The notes below the pieces were generated by a model. That model was not told the origin of the DNA. It saw only the letters and a list, made by a program, of their open reading frames with translations, and made no database searches. Shown in pieces: positions 61,046 through 64,000 of a stretch of DNA of 64,000 bases; position 1 is the first letter of the stretch; every line of letters begins with the position of its first letter. Position numbers and translations under genes: made by a program. The stretch is from Eledone cirrhosa (lineage: Eukaryota). The DNA is taken from contig CAXHJY010001510.1 of NCBI GenBank assembly GCA_964016885.1, forward strand, positions 1-64,000. The letters are read 5' to 3'.

Positions 61046-61969
61046 GAGTCAGGACCCCGACGGCTGAGCTCCAGCGGTTTCGACAGTTAGATATGAACTA
61101 AACCAGTAGTTCTAAACAATTTGATTTAAATTTTATAATATTATGGTTTGGTAGATCTATATATATATGAGGTCGATAAAAAAAGTACCAGTTTAGTACT
61201 GGGGTCGATTCTTCCTCTATATATCTTTCTCATCCCCCCCCCCCCTCTCTCTCTCTTTATATATATATATATATCTTTCTCTGGAAGAAATCTGCTGTAC
61301 TCAGGCCGGGACAGGGATAGGATCTGCCAGGTTTAACTTGCCCAAGAAACGCTGTATGTCAGTCAACACGGTGTCACTATGACTCCATCAGGAGTTACGG
61401 GACCATATCCCCCCCCCCCCCCCCACACACACACTCCCTAGCAATTATTTGTCTCATTATATGGGTTATAGGTAGATGGCGGGGATTAATATCAAAAGGG
61501 AAGGGTGACAAAAATAACGGACAAGGTGTGAGCAACATTCCATCAATATATCTCGTGTTGGTGGAGATCTACTTACACACACACACACACACACTGGCTG
61601 CATCTCGGTTTCGAGAATTGCCATCCCTTGACCTTTTCCCCATCAATGGGTGAGACTAAGGGCCTTGTTTCAGGGGGGTACCAGGGGATAAGTCCCCTCG
61701 CTTTTTCAAACGTCTATATTTTATTTTTTGTTTATTTGATATAATAAATTATGTTTAAGCTTATTTTTTTATATCTGAACTTCATTTGAATATATAAAAT
61801 TTAGTTAGCGTAAAATTTTACTTATGTGATAGGCACCATAAGCAATACTAACATGCTCCTTTAAGAATCAACAGATGTTGGTTTGTCCCCCTCACATTTT
61901 AAAGGCAAACGAGGCTCCTGGGTGAGACGAACATGACTTTTTAGTCCTGCCAAGGACTTAGATTCATTT

Positions 61970-62282
61970 CTGCAATGTCCTTGTTGTGAAATCTTCTCTT
62001 AGTCTCCATGTATCGAAAGATATTGTGTGTAGTTGGTAGATTCTTAACTAAGACCAGGTTTAAAATGTCCCATCTCTCTCTCATACTGGCAATGTCTCTG
62101 TTGTGAAATCTTCTCTTAGTCTCCATGCATCGAAAGATCTTGTGTGTAGTTGGTAGATTCTTAACTAAGACCAGGTTTAAAATGTCCCATCTCTCTCTCA
62201 TACTGGCAATGTCCCCGTTGTGAAATCTTCTCTTAGTCTCCATGCATCGAAAGATCTTGTGTGTAGTTGGTAGATTCTTAAC
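61970..62282. repeat. 117-bp tandem repeat, about 2.7 copies, with diverged units continuing to about 63030
   Basis: TGTGAAATCTTCTCTTAG at 61985, 62102 and 62219. Confidence 0.9.
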
Positions 62283-63619
62283 AATATATTCAGTGTTGGG
62301 TTTAGGACATATGAGGCCCTGTGCTGGTTAAGTTATGAGGCTCCTTACTCGTAAAAACATTTATCGTAAACATTTTTTTGGCTGGAATATGGGTCCTTTC
62401 CCCTGGCCAACGGGGCGGGACCCTGTGCTTAAGCACACCTTAGGACAATGATAAATCTGGTAATGAATAAATGGCACCTCCAATGTTGATTGTTTTTTTT
62501 TTAAATTCAAAGACCAGGTTTAAAATGTCCCATCTTTCTCTCATATTGGCAATGTCTATGTTGTGGAATATTTTCATGGCCACCATGTATCGAAAGAGCT
62601 TATTCGTAGTTGGTAGGTTATTAACAATATATACAGTGCTGGATTTAGGACAAATGAGGACCTGTGCTAGTTAATAGATCTTTTACAATACATGACATCT
62701 CAAATGTTGATAGTTTTTTTTATTCAAAGGCCAATTTGAAAACGTCCCATCTCTCTCAGACTGTTATTGTTTCTATTGTGGAATCTTTTAGTAGCTCCCA
62801 TGTATTGGAATACCCTATTTATAATTAGTAGATCCTTGATAGTATATTGTTTACATAATCTTGGTATTAAAATGCCCTCTCTCTCTCTCAGATTGGTAGC
62901 TTTTTAAAATAAATAGGGCCATAAATTTATAACATGTAAATTCTTGAAAATATATTAACATAATCTTGGCATTACTTTATTTCTTGAGACCAATTTTAAA
63001 ATGCCCCTCCTCTTAGATTTGTAGTTTTTTTTCACTGCCATACGTATTTAGAATAGTTTCCACAAGAACATAAAAAGGTTTTATCCTATACGCTCCATTC
63101 TTGATAAGGCCCGGTTCGAAACTAACAAAATCTTTGTTTCTTAAAGGGTCGTCCTCTGCGGCCCGTTTGGCTTTCTGAATGGTACACCTAATTTCAAAAT
63201 TGCTTTGAATGTTTTAGTAGTGCAGCCCGCCTTGTGATGAGCCACATCTTATGCGGCGAACTGCTCGAAAAGGGTTGCCCATGTCTGCCCTATGTTTGCG
63301 CTTGGGGTCCCGACTCTTATATATATATATATATATAGATGAGATTCTACAGGACTAGAACTGTTTCATTCTTGAGAAATCATCAAGATTCCAGGACTAG
63401 AACCAGTTCTAGTCCTGTAGAATCTCATCTATATTAAAACTTTTATACTCTACTATGTATCGAGTACCTTACTTACTGTGGTTACCTCCGATTCAACCCG
63501 GAGTAACTTACCTATATATAAGGGTTAAAATACTGGAGCGTGTTGGAGTTAAACACCCTCTTCGTATTATAGAAATGACAGTAAAAAGTATAGCTCAATG
63601 TAATTAAACAGAGCCGAAG

Positions 63620-63742
63620 AATTATGAAAGTAAAACAAAGAAGCCTTCAATACATCAAAAGTCTTTATTAGCCAACAATGTTTCGTCCATTGTTGGCTAA
63701 TAAAGACTTTTGATGTATTGAAGGCTTCTTTGTTTTACTTTC

Positions 63743-63747
<5 letters not shown>
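63620..63747. repeat. Palindrome with arms of about 60 bp abutting (TA)n
   Basis: ATTATGAAAG...GCCAACAATG tttcgtc CATTGTTGGC...CTTTCATAAT. Confidence 0.9.
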
Positions 63748-63839
<92 letters not shown>

Positions 63840-64000
63840 GAGTAGTTAGAGAATTGGACTCTATTGACTTATATTCAACATGCAGAAACAACACCTGAAT
63901 ATTTCTACAAAGAACATAACCGTACCTAACAGGAAGACATATTTAAAACTTCTTAACCAAGGTATCGTCTTCCTGTTTTCCTTCGGTTGCAAGGTTTTTC

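Overview
Eukaryotic (animal) genomic DNA, extremely rich in microsatellites ((TA)n, (CA)n, (CT)n, (CAC/CAA)n). The SINE content and repeat style point to a cephalopod, probably Octopus (inference). Almost all listed ORFs are microsatellite artefacts. Real coding signal is limited to three things: the first coding exon of a FoxO gene (50903-51301, +), a 5'-truncated Penelope-like retroelement (PLE) encoding an RT thumb and GIY-YIG endonuclease (about 23357-25430, -), and two duplicated RTE-like LINE 3' ends. The main hidden structure is about 16 type I hammerhead ribozyme (HHR) motifs, folded by eye, from at least 6 distinct short-element families. They sit in 100-450 bp islands inside (TA)n tracts, often as long fold-back palindromes with an HHR on each strand. 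They include rare core variants: U3-A8, U.U or A.A at the base of stem II, and a very long stem II. Also present: many Meta-domain-like and CORE-like tRNA-derived SINEs, a non-autonomous Helitron, several MITEs and several minisatellites, one of them apparently built from a piggyBac-like terminus. All folds and coordinates were read manually; no activity is demonstrated.
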